Part shown: piece by piece, positions 30,432 to 40,043 of the stretch
Layout: every line of letters starts with the position of its first letter
How positions within the stretch are numbered: the stretch's first letter is position 1
NCBI GenBank assembly: GCA_963695555.1
Contig: CAVOGR010000001.1
Coordinates: forward strand, 352,001 to 416,000
Origin: an uncultured Gemmatimonadales bacterium
Lineage (GTDB): Bacteria > Gemmatimonadota > Gemmatimonadetes > Gemmatimonadales > GWC2-71-9
DNA: 64,000 bases
Direction: 5' to 3'
The notes under the pieces: model-generated
What the model was told of the DNA's origin: nothing
The model's database searches: none
Seen by the model: the letters and a program-made list of their open reading frames with translations, nothing else
Translations under genes and position numbers: made by a program

Positions 30432-31298
30432 TCAGCTGACCGTGATTTGCTTGGCCATCCCGTGCGCGAAGTGCGGCTTCCCGTCCGCGTTGTCCGGCGC
30501 GTAGCAGATGAGCACATACTCGCCGGGGGTCACGTTGACGGTGACGAGGTTTTCGAGCCCAGGGGCGAGCGGCGCAACACCGCTGAAGGTGGCTCCCGGC
30601 GCCGGTCCCTCTAGCGTCTCGCTCCAGGCGAGGAAGTCGGCGAGTGTCTTGCCGGGCTCGAGCTTAGCCATGTAGACCTCGTGGATCTGCGGGCCGTCGT
30701 TACGGACCAGGATGCGGTGCGGGCCCGCCGTGAGCGGCTGGGAGAAGGTGAAGTCGTAGTCCGTGAGGGACATCACGATGTCGGCCTCCGGCAGCTCCAT
30801 CGGGGCGCCCGGATCGGGCACCACCGTGAACGCCTTGACCATGCCCTTGGCGAAGTGGGGCATGCCATCGGATGACGGGATGAGGCAGACGATGGCGTAC
30901 GTGCCGGGAGTGAATACCGTCATGACGGTCGCCTCGCCGCCCGGCGCGGGTGCGCTCGACCCACCCACCAAGACGGCCCAGCTTGGCATCGGTCCGTGCG
31001 CCGCCATTGCCGCGCTCAGGTCTGCGATGGTCTTCCCTTCATCCAAGCGCACCAGGGTCGCATGGTGATACTCGGTACCCTGATTGGAGAGGGTGAGCGA
31101 GGTGAGACCCGCGGGGACGGTGTCCGGCGCCTCGAACGCGAAATTCCGTCCCACGACGGTCATCTGGTGCGGTGCCGCGGCGGCACCGGTCGTTACCGCA
31201 TCGCGGGCGGCCGGCGCCTCGGCGCGGCAGCCCGCCAGTAGGACGATGCCGATGAGACAGGTGGGCAAAGCCCACCCGTGGTGTGAGGAATGGAGCAT
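30432..31298 (-). CDS. Lipoprotein with two cupredoxin (type-1 copper) domains
   Basis: Lipobox LAGC; repeat 1 H...CLIPSSDGMPHFAKGM, repeat 2 H...CYAPDNADGKPHFAHGM. Confidence 0.8.
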   Translation of the reverse strand: MLHSSHHGWALPTCLIGIVLLAGCRAEAPAARDAVTTGAAAAPHQMTVVGRNFAFEAPDTVPAGLTSLTLSNQGTEYHHATLVRLDEGKTIADLSAAMAAHGPMPSWAVLVGGSSAPAPGGEATVMTVFTPGTYAIVCLIPSSDGMPHFAKGMVKAFTVVPDPGAPMELPEADIVMSLTDYDFTFSQPLTAGPHRILVRNDGPQIHEVYMAKLEPGKTLADFLAWSETLEGPAPGATFSGVAPLAPGLENLVTVNVTPGEYVLICYAPDNADGKPHFAHGMAKQITVS

Positions 31299-31342
31299 GG
31301 CTACCTCTCGTGAGGGGGAACGAGGTTCTGCCTGCCAACCAA

Positions 31343-31768
31343 TCAGAGGGGCCAGTCCCGGAGAATGCGCTCGGTCTCCTCGGAGTGGCCGCTCTCGTCA
31401 CGAATCATGTCTTCTAACTGCACGGCCAAACCCTTGTCGCCGAAAGCCTCCGCCTGTTTGGCCCGCTCGGTGTAGCCCGCCATGGCTTTCCGCTCGGCGA
31501 CGAGGATCGCCTTCAACATGCTGCGATTGGTCTTTGCCTTGGGCACCAAACTCGGCTCGGTCGTTGGCTCACCCCCAAGGGCCACGATCTTGTTGGCCAG
31601 AAACTGGGCGTGCGCCTGCTCGTCGGCTACTTCGGCAAGAAAAAACTGGACTAGCTGGGGACGATAGGGGCCGGTGGCCTTGGCCGCATAGGTGATGTAT
31701 TGAATGATCGCGCTCAGTTCGCTGGCGAGATCCTCATTCAGGGCTTGGATCAATTCCTTCTTTGTCAT
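31343..31768 (-). CDS. Ferritin-like / bacterioferritin-like diiron protein
   Basis: LNEDLASELSAIIQY, DEQAHA, E..A...Y, DESGH ferroxidase pattern. Confidence 0.85.
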   Translation of the reverse strand: MTKKELIQALNEDLASELSAIIQYITYAAKATGPYRPQLVQFFLAEVADEQAHAQFLANKIVALGGEPTTEPSLVPKAKTNRSMLKAILVAERKAMAGYTERAKQAEAFGDKGLAVQLEDMIRDESGHSEETERILRDWPL

Positions 31769-31892
31769 CGGAACAAGGGTCCTTTCGGCAATGGCAGAGG
31801 TTCGTCTTGCCGACCACGCGTCGGGGCCGGTTCGAGTGGGCTGAGTATATCCGTTGCGGGCCTGCCAACACAAGGTGATGTCCCGCGCCCTG

Positions 31893-31924
31893 AAAAAGCC
31901 CCGCCGGGAAACCCGACGGGGCTT
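31893..31924 (-). terminator. Rho-independent terminator
   Basis: Minus strand AAGCCCCGTCGGG-TTT-CCCGGCGGGGCTT followed by TTT. Confidence 0.7.
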
Positions 31925-31978
31925 GACTATGTGGCAACCTACCGACTTTCCAACTTACCCACTGACCGACTTCTTGCC

Positions 31979-32095
31979 TCACGGCTTCGCGATCAGGATG
32001 TCCCACATGGAGTCCTGGTGCGAGCTGCAGACCTCGCCGAACCGGCGGCTGGTCTCCGGCTGGGTTGCCTGCATTTCCTGGATGATCTGGCCGAG
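31979..32095 (-). pseudogene. Orphan 3' gene fragment (38 codons)
   Basis: LGQIIQEMQATQPETSRRFGEVCSSHQDSMWDILIAKP* with host-like GC3 codons, followed by a terminator; no start codon between the upstream in-frame stop and the fragment (only internal Met codons). Confidence 0.4.
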
Positions 32096-32259
32096 CCCGT
32101 GAGGGAAGGCAGGTGATTGCCCTCCGGTACCGTGGTGCCCAAGAGATAGTCTAAAGGATTCTTCCTCGGCTGTTCACGATCACGTCATGCACCCAGCCTC
32201 AATCTTTGCGGGACAAGGGAGCCGTCTGCACTCCCTCGCGCCCAAAGGAGTCGACGCAC

Positions 32260-32679
32260 ATGGCGCTCAGTGCATTGGATGATCGATCGATAGCGCCCGA
32301 GGCCCGGCTGCTGGCCCGGGTCCTCGGGCGCTCGAGCGGCCACTGGGTCACGCTGACCGGCAACCTCAGGTCGCGATACGATCCGCTGGTCGAGAAGTGG
32401 AGCTTCTCCGGTGCCAAGTACGGCTGGTCGCTCGGCCTCAAGCACAAGAAGCGGACCATCCTGTACCTGATCCCGCAGCGCGGGTACTTCTTGGTGGCAT
32501 TCGTGTTGGGGAAGAAGGCGATTGCCGCCGCCCACGACAGCGACCTGCCGGGCGCCGTGATCGAGGCGATCAACGGCGGGAAACAGTACCCGGAAGGGAG
32601 GGGCGTGCGGCTAGAGGTCCGGAACAGGAAGGACCTCGCCGCCGTGGAGGGGCTCGCCGCGATCAAGATGGCGAACTAG
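32260..32679 (+). CDS. DUF3788 family protein
   Basis: AAAGGAG RBS; W...GAKYGWS...KKRTILYLIP...YPEGRG. Confidence 0.8.
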   Translation: MALSALDDRSIAPEARLLARVLGRSSGHWVTLTGNLRSRYDPLVEKWSFSGAKYGWSLGLKHKKRTILYLIPQRGYFLVAFVLGKKAIAAAHDSDLPGAVIEAINGGKQYPEGRGVRLEVRNRKDLAAVEGLAAIKMAN

Positions 32680-32762
32680 GGAGGGTAGGCGGGTAGGTGC
32701 GTAGGTACTCCCTGACCGTATTGTCTTCCGGGGTTCCAGGTATGGTGTAGGTTTGCTGCTCG

Positions 32763-33485
32763 ATGAATGCGAATGCGATGGGACCCCACGGGGCCGCGCT
32801 GCTCGCCTATTTCCGGGGCGACACGCAGGCCGAGCTGGTCATCCGTCGTGATGACGGTCTCGAAGACCGGCTGTCGGTGAGCCACTTCTTCCGCCAGCCC
32901 GAGCAATTCTTCCCCATCGAGGTCACGGCCCTCGACTGCTGCCGGGGCCACGTGCTCGACATCGGCGCCGGCACCGGGCTCCATGGTCTGGTGCTCCAAT
33001 CGCGCGGGCACGCCGTCACCGCCATCGACGTGAGTTCCCAGGCGGTCAGCGTCATGAAGGAAACGCGGCGTTCGAGACGCCGGTGTGCCGACATCTTCGA
33101 GTTTGAGGCGGCCCCTTCGACACCCTGCTCATGCTGGGCCACGGCATCGGCATGGCCGAAGACCTGGCCGGGCTGGATCGGTTCCTGATCCATGCGCGGA
33201 ACCTGGCACCAGGCGACGGACAGATGCTGGTGCACTCGCACGACGTGCGAAAGACAGAGGACGCGCGTCACCTCGACTATCACGACGCCAACCGACGCGC
33301 CGGCCGCTACATCGGCGAGATCCGGATCCGGTTCGTGTTTCGGCAAGAGACCGGGCCCGGCGTGCGGGTGGCTGCATGTCGACCCGGACACGTTAGACCC
33401 GCCACGCCGAGCGGGCCCGGTGGGCTGTGAGACAATGGTGGAGGAGGAGAGCGGCGACTTTCTGGCTCGGCTCACGCTCCGGTGA
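32763..33485 (+). pseudogene. Class I SAM-dependent methyltransferase, multiply frameshifted (pseudogene or sequencing error)
   Basis: VLDIGAGTG motif I, then FDTLLMLGHGIG and YIGEIR...WLHVD in successive frames. Confidence 0.75.
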
Positions 33486-33544
33486 TCCTGGTGCTCTGGA
33501 TCCGGCTCCTGTGGTGGTCGGTCACCTGAAGACGCACAAAGAAT

Positions 33545-33577
33545 GAGCCCCGCTCGTCATCGGTGACGGCGGGGCTC
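33545..33577. repeat. REP-like hairpin GCCCCGCTCGTC-N-GACGGCGGGGC (likely terminator)
   Basis: Same stem as the hairpins at 43826, 46695 and 39964. Confidence 0.6.
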
Positions 33578-33611
33578 GCAACCGAGAGTCACCCTTCGGA
33601 AGCCGCGCGTC

Positions 33612-34136
33612 TTACATCGTTGCCGGCGGCACCATGGTGTAGCCCAGCTGGGTCATCCAATCGCCGCCATCGAAGTACACATGCTCCTCGGTGACTTTCC
33701 CATCCGCGAAGCGGAGCAGCGTCATTCCCGAGATGCTGACGCTATTGCCGGTGGGCGGGATATCGCCCGGGCCGGTGTTGGTGCCGGTGAAGGTCCAGCG
33801 CACCACGGCAGCATTCGGGAGGTGGATGGTCTCGTCAGCAACCACCATGGCATCGGGGTAGGTGGTGCGGAGCTGGGCCATCACCGCCAGTTGTTCCTCG
33901 CGGGTGTTAGCGTCCATCCCCGCGCCCGAGGAGCGCCGCATCATGGTGGGTGCGAGCACGGCATCCATTCCGTCCATGTTGCCGGTGTTCCAGCCGGTGA
34001 GGAAGGCGTCGAGGACCGGCTGCTGGATCGCAGCATAGTCCGGGGTAGCGGGAGCCGCCGGCTGGCATGCCGACGCGACGAATAGGGTCAGTCCCAGGGC
34101 CAGGTACCACACGCCTCGAGTCCGATGTACTGACAT
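33612..34136 (-). CDS. SnoaL-like ester cyclase / NTF2-fold lipoprotein (paralog 1)
   Basis: Lipobox ASAC; YPD...RWTFTGTNTG...PPTG...RFADGKVTEE. Confidence 0.82.
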   Translation of the reverse strand: MSVHRTRGVWYLALGLTLFVASACQPAAPATPDYAAIQQPVLDAFLTGWNTGNMDGMDAVLAPTMMRRSSGAGMDANTREEQLAVMAQLRTTYPDAMVVADETIHLPNAAVVRWTFTGTNTGPGDIPPTGNSVSISGMTLLRFADGKVTEEHVYFDGGDWMTQLGYTMVPPATM

Positions 34137-34268
34137 TCCACTCTCCTGTCATGTTGGGTGTAGGTTGTTGTCCACGGCCCTCGCCGCAGGTTGCACCGAC
34201 GCTAGTATAAGGGCGATCCAGTATAAGGGAAGGGCGGCGTTCTTACTGGTCAAGCACGGGGCGAACCG

Positions 34269-34739
34269 ATGAACGACACGACCTTGCGGGAGCACCTCGC
34301 CGGAATCCTCGCGGGTAAGGGCGCCCATCTCGATCTCCAAGCCGCCCTGTCCGAGTACCCGGGCTCCATTGCCGGCTCGAGAGTCCCCGGGGTGTCCCAC
34401 ACGCCTTGGCGGCTGCTCGAGCACATGCGTATCGCCCAGTGGGACATCCTGGAGTTCTCCCGCAGCATCGACCACGTGTCTCCGTCGTTTCCTGACGGCT
34501 ATTGGCCCGAGGCGGAGAGCCCTCCTACGGCGTCGGCGTGGGCGCAGTCGGTGAAGTCGTTCCTGAGCGATCTCCAGGAGATGCAGGCGCTGGTACTGGA
34601 CGCTGCGACGGATCTTTATACCCGGATTCCGTGGGGCGACGGCCAGACGGTGCTGCGGGAGGCGCTGGTGCTGGCCGATCACAACTCCTACCACCTGGGC
34701 CAGCTCATCCTGCTCGGGAAGGCGCTGGGGCGGCTCTAG
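34269..34739 (+). CDS. DinB family protein
   Basis: GAH, HTPWRLLEHMRIAQWDI, LREALVLADHNSYHLGQ. Confidence 0.85.
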   Translation: MNDTTLREHLAGILAGKGAHLDLQAALSEYPGSIAGSRVPGVSHTPWRLLEHMRIAQWDILEFSRSIDHVSPSFPDGYWPEAESPPTASAWAQSVKSFLSDLQEMQALVLDAATDLYTRIPWGDGQTVLREALVLADHNSYHLGQLILLGKALGRL

Positions 34740-34746
34740 CGGCAGC

Positions 34747-35445
34747 CTACGAAAGCGCCACGATGCCGGGCACGACGTCCCGGGGTGCGCTCCCCGATTG
34801 GAAAACGATGGCGGGACGGTCGCCCAGGAGCGTCGTGCGGTCGTCTTCCACGCGAAGCGTCGAGCCTTCCCGAAGCCCGATCACCGGCGTGGCCGGATTG
34901 GCCGCCACGAACTCGAGCAGCCGTTCCGATCGGGTCTCCCCGCCATGGTTGGGGATGCTCGCGTCGGTGAAGTGTGGGTTGATTTGGAACGGCACCAAGC
35001 CTAATGCCAGGAAGCTCGGGGGCTCGACGATCGGCATGTCGTTGGTGGTCTTGATGGTGGGGCAGGCAACGTTCGATCCGGCGCTCCACCCCACGAAAGG
35101 AACTCCGTCGCCCACCCGTTCGCGGATCGGACCGAGCAGGCGGTCCTGGTATATCCTTGCCAGGAGCTGGAACGTGTTGCCCCCGCCGACCACCACGGCC
35201 TCGGCCGCTTCGACCGCGGCACGTGGGTCGGCGGCCTGGTGAATGGAATCGACCTCGTAGCCCAACGGGCCGAACCGCTCCGCGACCTTGGCGGCGAAGT
35301 CATCGAACGAGAACCGCACGGCAGCGTAGGGTACGAAGAGGACACGCCTGATGTCCGTTCCCAGGAACGCGGAGAGCATGTCCTCCGCGTGGCCGAGGAA
35401 GGTGCCGCCGTAGTTGGTCGAGTTGCTGAGCAGCAGGAGCCGCAT
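34747..35445 (-). CDS. pepE: Dipeptidase E (peptidase S51)
   Basis: LLLLSNS, GGGNTF, GWSAG, TIKTTNDMPI, QINPH, GETR. Confidence 0.93.
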   Translation of the reverse strand: MRLLLLSNSTNYGGTFLGHAEDMLSAFLGTDIRRVLFVPYAAVRFSFDDFAAKVAERFGPLGYEVDSIHQAADPRAAVEAAEAVVVGGGNTFQLLARIYQDRLLGPIRERVGDGVPFVGWSAGSNVACPTIKTTNDMPIVEPPSFLALGLVPFQINPHFTDASIPNHGGETRSERLLEFVAANPATPVIGLREGSTLRVEDDRTTLLGDRPAIVFQSGSAPRDVVPGIVALS

Positions 35446-35603
35446 GATTCATCTCCGGTTCGAGCAGCGTCGCCCAACTATGCCCCCGTTCGACGCCCGC
35501 CGCAACGCGCTTCCCAAACCCCGACCCCCACTCCTCCACCCTCCCCCCCGCTATCGGCTATCGGTCTGTACGGCGGTTGGGCGGATCGGCGGATCGAAAC
35601 CAC

Positions 35604-35686
35604 TACCCCCTACTCCCTGCTCCCTACTCCCCTCTCCCTACTCCTCGCTCCCTACTCCCTACTTCCTACCTTCCTACTCCCTACGT
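35604..35686 (+). repeat. Degenerate heptamer tandem repeat (CTACTCC)n
   Basis: About 11 imperfect units, strongly pyrimidine-biased on the + strand. Confidence 0.75.
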
Positions 35687-35694
35687 CACATACC

Positions 35695-35731
35695 AACGGC
35701 CCCGCCAGCGTTACCCGATGGCGGGGCCGTT
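35695..35731 (-). terminator. Hairpin downstream of SnoaL paralog 2
   Basis: AACGGCCCCGCCA...TGGCGGGGCCGTT 13-bp inverted repeat. Confidence 0.6.
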
Positions 35732-35760
35732 CATGTCTGGAGTGTCGGAGCGGGTTGTTG

Positions 35761-36282
35761 CTACATGCCCGCCGGTGGTGTGATGCTATACCCCAACTGC
35801 ATGTACCAATCCGCCGCATCGAAGGCCACGTGCTCCTCGGTGATCTTGCCGTCCGCAAATCGCAGCAGCGTCAACCCCGAGAGTTTCACGCTCTTGCCGG
35901 TGGGCGGGGCATCGCCCGGGCCGGTATTGGTGCCGGTGAAGGTCCAGCGAAGTACCGCCGCGTTCGGCATGTGAATGATCTCGTCCGATACCACCTTGGC
36001 GTCGGGGTAGGCGGTGCGCAGCGTGGTCATCGCCGCCTTCAGGTCGTCCAGGTTGTCGGCGTTCATTTCCGCGCTCGAGCGCCGCATGACGTTGGCCGCC
36101 ATCGCGGCATCCAGTCCCTCCAGGTTACCGGTGCTCCACCCGGCGAGGTAGGCATCGGCCGCGGGTTGCTGGATCGCGGCGTAGTCGGGGGCTGGTGGGG
36201 CCGCGGGCTGGCAGGCCGCGACGGCCAGGGCGCCAAGCCCGAGGGCCAGCGTCCAGGTGGTGCGGGTACTGGTGATACGCAT
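35761..36282 (-). CDS. SnoaL-like ester cyclase / NTF2-fold lipoprotein (paralog 2)
   Basis: Lipobox VAAC; near-identical blocks to 33612-34136 (CQPAAP..PDYAAIQQP; RWTFTGTNTGPGD.PPTG). Confidence 0.82.
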   Translation of the reverse strand: MRITSTRTTWTLALGLGALAVAACQPAAPPAPDYAAIQQPAADAYLAGWSTGNLEGLDAAMAANVMRRSSAEMNADNLDDLKAAMTTLRTAYPDAKVVSDEIIHMPNAAVLRWTFTGTNTGPGDAPPTGKSVKLSGLTLLRFADGKITEEHVAFDAADWYMQLGYSITPPAGM

Positions 36283-36603
36283 GCGTAGTCTCCCCTCTGT
36301 TGCATTTTGGTCGATTCAATGGTGGGCATGCCGCCGGGCATGCCGGCCGGGAGCCAACATAGGCCGTGGTCACGTCGAAGGGAAGGGGGCCGTGTGGCAA
36401 CCGCCCTCGCGTCCACCTCGTGGCCTTCGTGTGTCGATGGTTACGGGACGAGCTCCGGCATCGCAACCTGGCTGTGTTCAGCACCGATCTTCTTGTGAAC
36501 CTTGCGGGCCCTTCGAGAGTGAGCGCATTGTAATCCTGGCCTGGTGGTATTGGGGCCCTCGATCGTCGTGCTGAGTAGTCGAAGACCGGAGAAAGGGGCA
36601 GGG

Positions 36604-38271
36604 ATGTCTAAACGCGGCAGTCTTCCCATCGTCGGCCGTGCCGAGACCCGGCAAACGCGAACGCAGTCTGAACGCAATCCGCCGAGCATCTTCAATGACG
36701 TGATCGGTCCGGTGATGCGTGGGCCGTCGAGTTCGCATTGTGCGGCCTCGGTCCGGATCGGCCGGTTGGCGCGGGACCTGATGGACGGCCGGATTGAGCG
36801 GGTCCTGGTCGAGTTCGATCCCAACGGCTCGCTGGCCACGACCCACACGAGCCAGGGCTCGGACATGGGCTTGTTCGGCGGGTTCCTGGGCTGGGAGGCC
36901 GATGATGACCGGATGGTCGATTCCGGCCGCGCGGTACGCGAGGCGGGCATCGACGTGGAATTTGCCATTCGGAAGATTGGTGCCACCCATCCCAACACCT
37001 ACAAGCTCACGCTCTCAGGCGCCGGCGTGCGGCATACCATGACCGCCATCTCGACCGGTGGGGGTATGATCGAGGTGGGGGAGATCGATGGTATCGAGAT
37101 GTCTCTGGGGGGCGACTTCTACTACGTGCTGGTGCACACCGGCTCCGACGATGTCGCGCCGCTCATGGCCCACGTGCACGAGCGGATCACCGCGGAGCAG
37201 GTGATCCTGCACGAGGGGCCGGGCACTCGGCTGATCGAGATCCGGGCGCAGCGCTTTCCCGATGCATCTGTGCTCGACGAGTTACGCGCGCGCTTTCCCG
37301 TGACGGGTATCAACCGATTGGCCCCGGTCCTGCCGGTCCTGTCTCGTGCCGACCTCCAGGTCCCCTACCTAACCAGCGACGCGATGCTGCACTTCAACGT
37401 CGGGAAGGACCTCACCTTATGGGAACTCGGCGTTGAATACGAAATGGCCCGAGGCAATCTGGCTCGTCAGGATGTGGTGGACCGCATGCTGCACATCGTA
37501 CGGGTCCTTCGCAACTCGATCCGACAAGGGATCGAAGGTACCGAGTTTGCCGACCGGATCCTCGGGCCTCAGAGCGGGGCCTTCAAGCGGACCATGGAGG
37601 CGGGGGGATTACTCGACGGCGGGATGCTGAACCGCATGATCCTCTACGTATCGGCCATGATGGAGGTCAAGAGTGCCATGGGCGTCATCGTCGCGGCTCC
37701 GACTGCAGGGGCATGCGCGACGCTTCCAGGGGCCGTGATCGCGGCAGCCGAGGTCATGGGTCGCACCGAGGAGGACATGGCCAAAGCCATGCTCGCGGCC
37801 GGCATGATCGGCGTCTTCATCGCCGGGCACTCGAGCTTTGCGGCGGAGGTGGGCGGGTGCCAGGCGGAGACCGGGTCGGGTGCGTCGATGGCTGCGGCAG
37901 CGTTGGTCACTATGGCCGGCGGGACTGCGGAGCAAGCGGTCGGCGCCGCGTCGGTCGCGCTCCAGAACTCGCTCGGTATGATCTGCGATCCGGTGGCCAA
38001 CCGGGTGGAGGTCCCCTGTCTGGGCAAGAACGTCATGGGTGCGGCGAACGCGCTGTGTTGTGCCAACATGCTCTTGGCCGGCTACGATCCGGTGATTCCA
38101 CTCGATGAGGTCATCGACACCCACCACACCGTGGGCAACAACATTCCCTGCGAGCTGCGCTGTACCGCGCAGGGCGGCCTGTCGGTCACCCCGACGTCCA
38201 AGCGGTTGGAGGAGCGGTTGGCGGCTGGAGGCGAGGGTTCAACGATTCTTCCGCTTACGACCAAGAATTGA
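36604..38271 (+). CDS. Fe-S L-serine dehydratase, fused beta + ACT-like + alpha
   Basis: SIFNDVIGPVMRGPSSSH (beta), HPNT, STGGG; IVAAPTAGAC, GGCQAE, GMICDPV, VEVPC (alpha). Confidence 0.9.
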   Translation: MSKRGSLPIVGRAETRQTRTQSERNPPSIFNDVIGPVMRGPSSSHCAASVRIGRLARDLMDGRIERVLVEFDPNGSLATTHTSQGSDMGLFGGFLGWEADDDRMVDSGRAVREAGIDVEFAIRKIGATHPNTYKLTLSGAGVRHTMTAISTGGGMIEVGEIDGIEMSLGGDFYYVLVHTGSDDVAPLMAHVHERITAEQVILHEGPGTRLIEIRAQRFPDASVLDELRARFPVTGINRLAPVLPVLSRADLQVPYLTSDAMLHFNVGKDLTLWELGVEYEMARGNLARQDVVDRMLHIVRVLRNSIRQGIEGTEFADRILGPQSGAFKRTMEAGGLLDGGMLNRMILYVSAMMEVKSAMGVIVAAPTAGACATLPGAVIAAAEVMGRTEEDMAKAMLAAGMIGVFIAGHSSFAAEVGGCQAETGSGASMAAAALVTMAGGTAEQAVGAASVALQNSLGMICDPVANRVEVPCLGKNVMGAANALCCANMLLAGYDPVIPLDEVIDTHHTVGNNIPCELRCTAQGGLSVTPTSKRLEERLAAGGEGSTILPLTTKN

Positions 38272-38284
38272 GTGGAGATGTGAG

Positions 38285-38707
38285 ATGACTCGTTCGCTTC
38301 ATGGTCCTGCGATCCTCCTCGTGTGTCTCACGGTAATGGTTGCGTGCGGAGATAGCACCGACCCCGACCCGACGAATGGGATCGTCGGCAGCTATGTCGC
38401 CACGACTTTCACGTTGGATCAAGGCGGTCCGCTGATCGACCTCCTGAGTGCCGGCAGCTCGCTGACCCTCACCCTCACGGGTGGCGGAACCACAACCGGT
38501 ACTCTCTTCGTGCCTGCCAGCGTAGCGGGTGGAACCGACTTCCAGGCGGACATGGCCGGCGCGTATCAGGTCGTCGGGAATACGGTCACCTTTCAGCAGA
38601 ACGCGGACACGTTTGTCCGCGACGCGACCTGGTCCATCGTCGGTACCACACTCACCACCGTGTTTACGTCGGGAGAGACGATTTCAGTCATCTTGACCAA
38701 GCAGTGA
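38285..38707 (+). CDS. Small beta-rich lipoprotein
   Basis: Lipobox MVAC; GSYVATTF...LTLT..GTTTG. Confidence 0.7.
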   Translation: MTRSLHGPAILLVCLTVMVACGDSTDPDPTNGIVGSYVATTFTLDQGGPLIDLLSAGSSLTLTLTGGGTTTGTLFVPASVAGGTDFQADMAGAYQVVGNTVTFQQNADTFVRDATWSIVGTTLTTVFTSGETISVILTKQ

Positions 38708-38767
38708 TCCCAATCTGAGGCATGCCGAGGCGTCCAGCGTCAGCGCTTGAGCGAACGAGAGGGCCCG

Positions 38768-39892
38768 CTACCGATTCTCTGGCTGGCCGGGCCGGCCTGC
38801 CGTCCCATTTCCGACTCGTTGGATCACCCAGTCAACCACGAATGACGGGTATCCCGGCGCGGCACTCCAACCACCCTCAGCATCCCTCACTGCGACACCA
38901 TGGTTGGCACCGGGGAACACCCTGATGGTCAGTAGTTCCGGGTTGCCGCTCCTCGCGAATGCCTCACGCATGGCGGTCACGCTCGCTTCCACCGGAACGA
39001 TACGGTCGGCGCCGCCGAACACGGCCAACATGGGCACGCGGAGCCGCTCGAGCACCGGCACGGGTTCGTAGGCGTTGTGCGCCGCGAACGAGAGGAGCCG
39101 CGGATGCTGCAGCAACTCATCGCGGTTACCCATCGGCGCGCCCCGATAGTAATCCGTGAACCACGGCTGGTCCTGGACCGCGTCCCAGGCTTCCTGGGCC
39201 GCCGCCCGGTCAGCACCCGTTGCGAGATAAGTCCAGACCAGTCGAATGACCCGGTTGAATTGCTGCACCTGGGCGGCCGGGGCTCCGGTGGCCTCGAACT
39301 GATTGGTCTTGTCGTAGATGTTCTGCTCCAGTGGCGACACGCCAGGGCCCGAGATGGCCACCACGAAGCCCACCTTGGTCGACTTGCTGGCGGCGAGCGG
39401 GCCGATCCACCCGCCCTGACTCCAGCCCAGTACACCGACATGGTCGCCTTGGATATCGTCTCGCTGGCCGAGCAGCTCGACCCAGGCGACGAGATCGGCT
39501 GCCGGGACCTCGAGATCGGGCGCCTCCACGTACTGGCCCCCCGACTCTCCCACGCCGCGCTTATCAAAAATCAATGCTGCCACCCCGCGCGAACGGAACT
39601 GCTCCGCCCAGCTCCGGTACCCGCGGTGGCTCCGCTCGCCGGGCTCGGAGCCATGGGTGAACACGACCGCCGGAAACGGCCCCGTGCCCTCGGGTAGAAA
39701 CAGCTCGCCGACCAGGGTGACTCCATCGACCGACGTCACCCGGAGCGTTTCGTTCCGGTCGTTGGGCGCGGCCTGCGTATGCACGTCGAGCCCGGCTGTA
39801 CCGAGTATGCCGGCAAGGACCATTGCAGCGGGGATTCGGATCACGACGAGATTCTCACGATTGATGGGGGGATGCAGATCCGGGAACGGCAC
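38768..39892 (-). CDS. Secreted alpha/beta hydrolase (S9/S15-like; start uncertain)
   Basis: HGSEP, DKRGVGES, GWSQGG nucleophile elbow, GGADRIVP, GANH. Confidence 0.85.
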   Translation of the reverse strand: MPFPDLHPPINRENLVVIRIPAAMVLAGILGTAGLDVHTQAAPNDRNETLRVTSVDGVTLVGELFLPEGTGPFPAVVFTHGSEPGERSHRGYRSWAEQFRSRGVAALIFDKRGVGESGGQYVEAPDLEVPAADLVAWVELLGQRDDIQGDHVGVLGWSQGGWIGPLAASKSTKVGFVVAISGPGVSPLEQNIYDKTNQFEATGAPAAQVQQFNRVIRLVWTYLATGADRAAAQEAWDAVQDQPWFTDYYRGAPMGNRDELLQHPRLLSFAAHNAYEPVPVLERLRVPMLAVFGGADRIVPVEASVTAMREAFARSGNPELLTIRVFPGANHGVAVRDAEGGWSAAPGYPSFVVDWVIQRVGNGTAGRPGQPENR

Positions 39893-39963
39893 ATCGAAGA
39901 CTTAGATGGATGGGAGACCCGTAAGGTTGGAAGGCAGATCGGCTGGTGGGAGAGCACACAACA

Positions 39964-40026
39964 ATCCCCCCCACGTCGTGACCGACGGGGGGGCTTTGGG
40001 CTCCAGCAACAGGCCCGGCGCGACTC
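39964..40026 (-). repeat. att-like copy 2: hairpin + 3' end of tRNA-Arg(CCG)
   Basis: TCCAGCAACAGGCCCGGCGCGACTC (40002-40026) matches 46734-46758 with one mismatch; preceded by a homologous hairpin. Confidence 0.75.
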
Positions 40027-40043
40027 TCATTCGCGAGTGCTGG

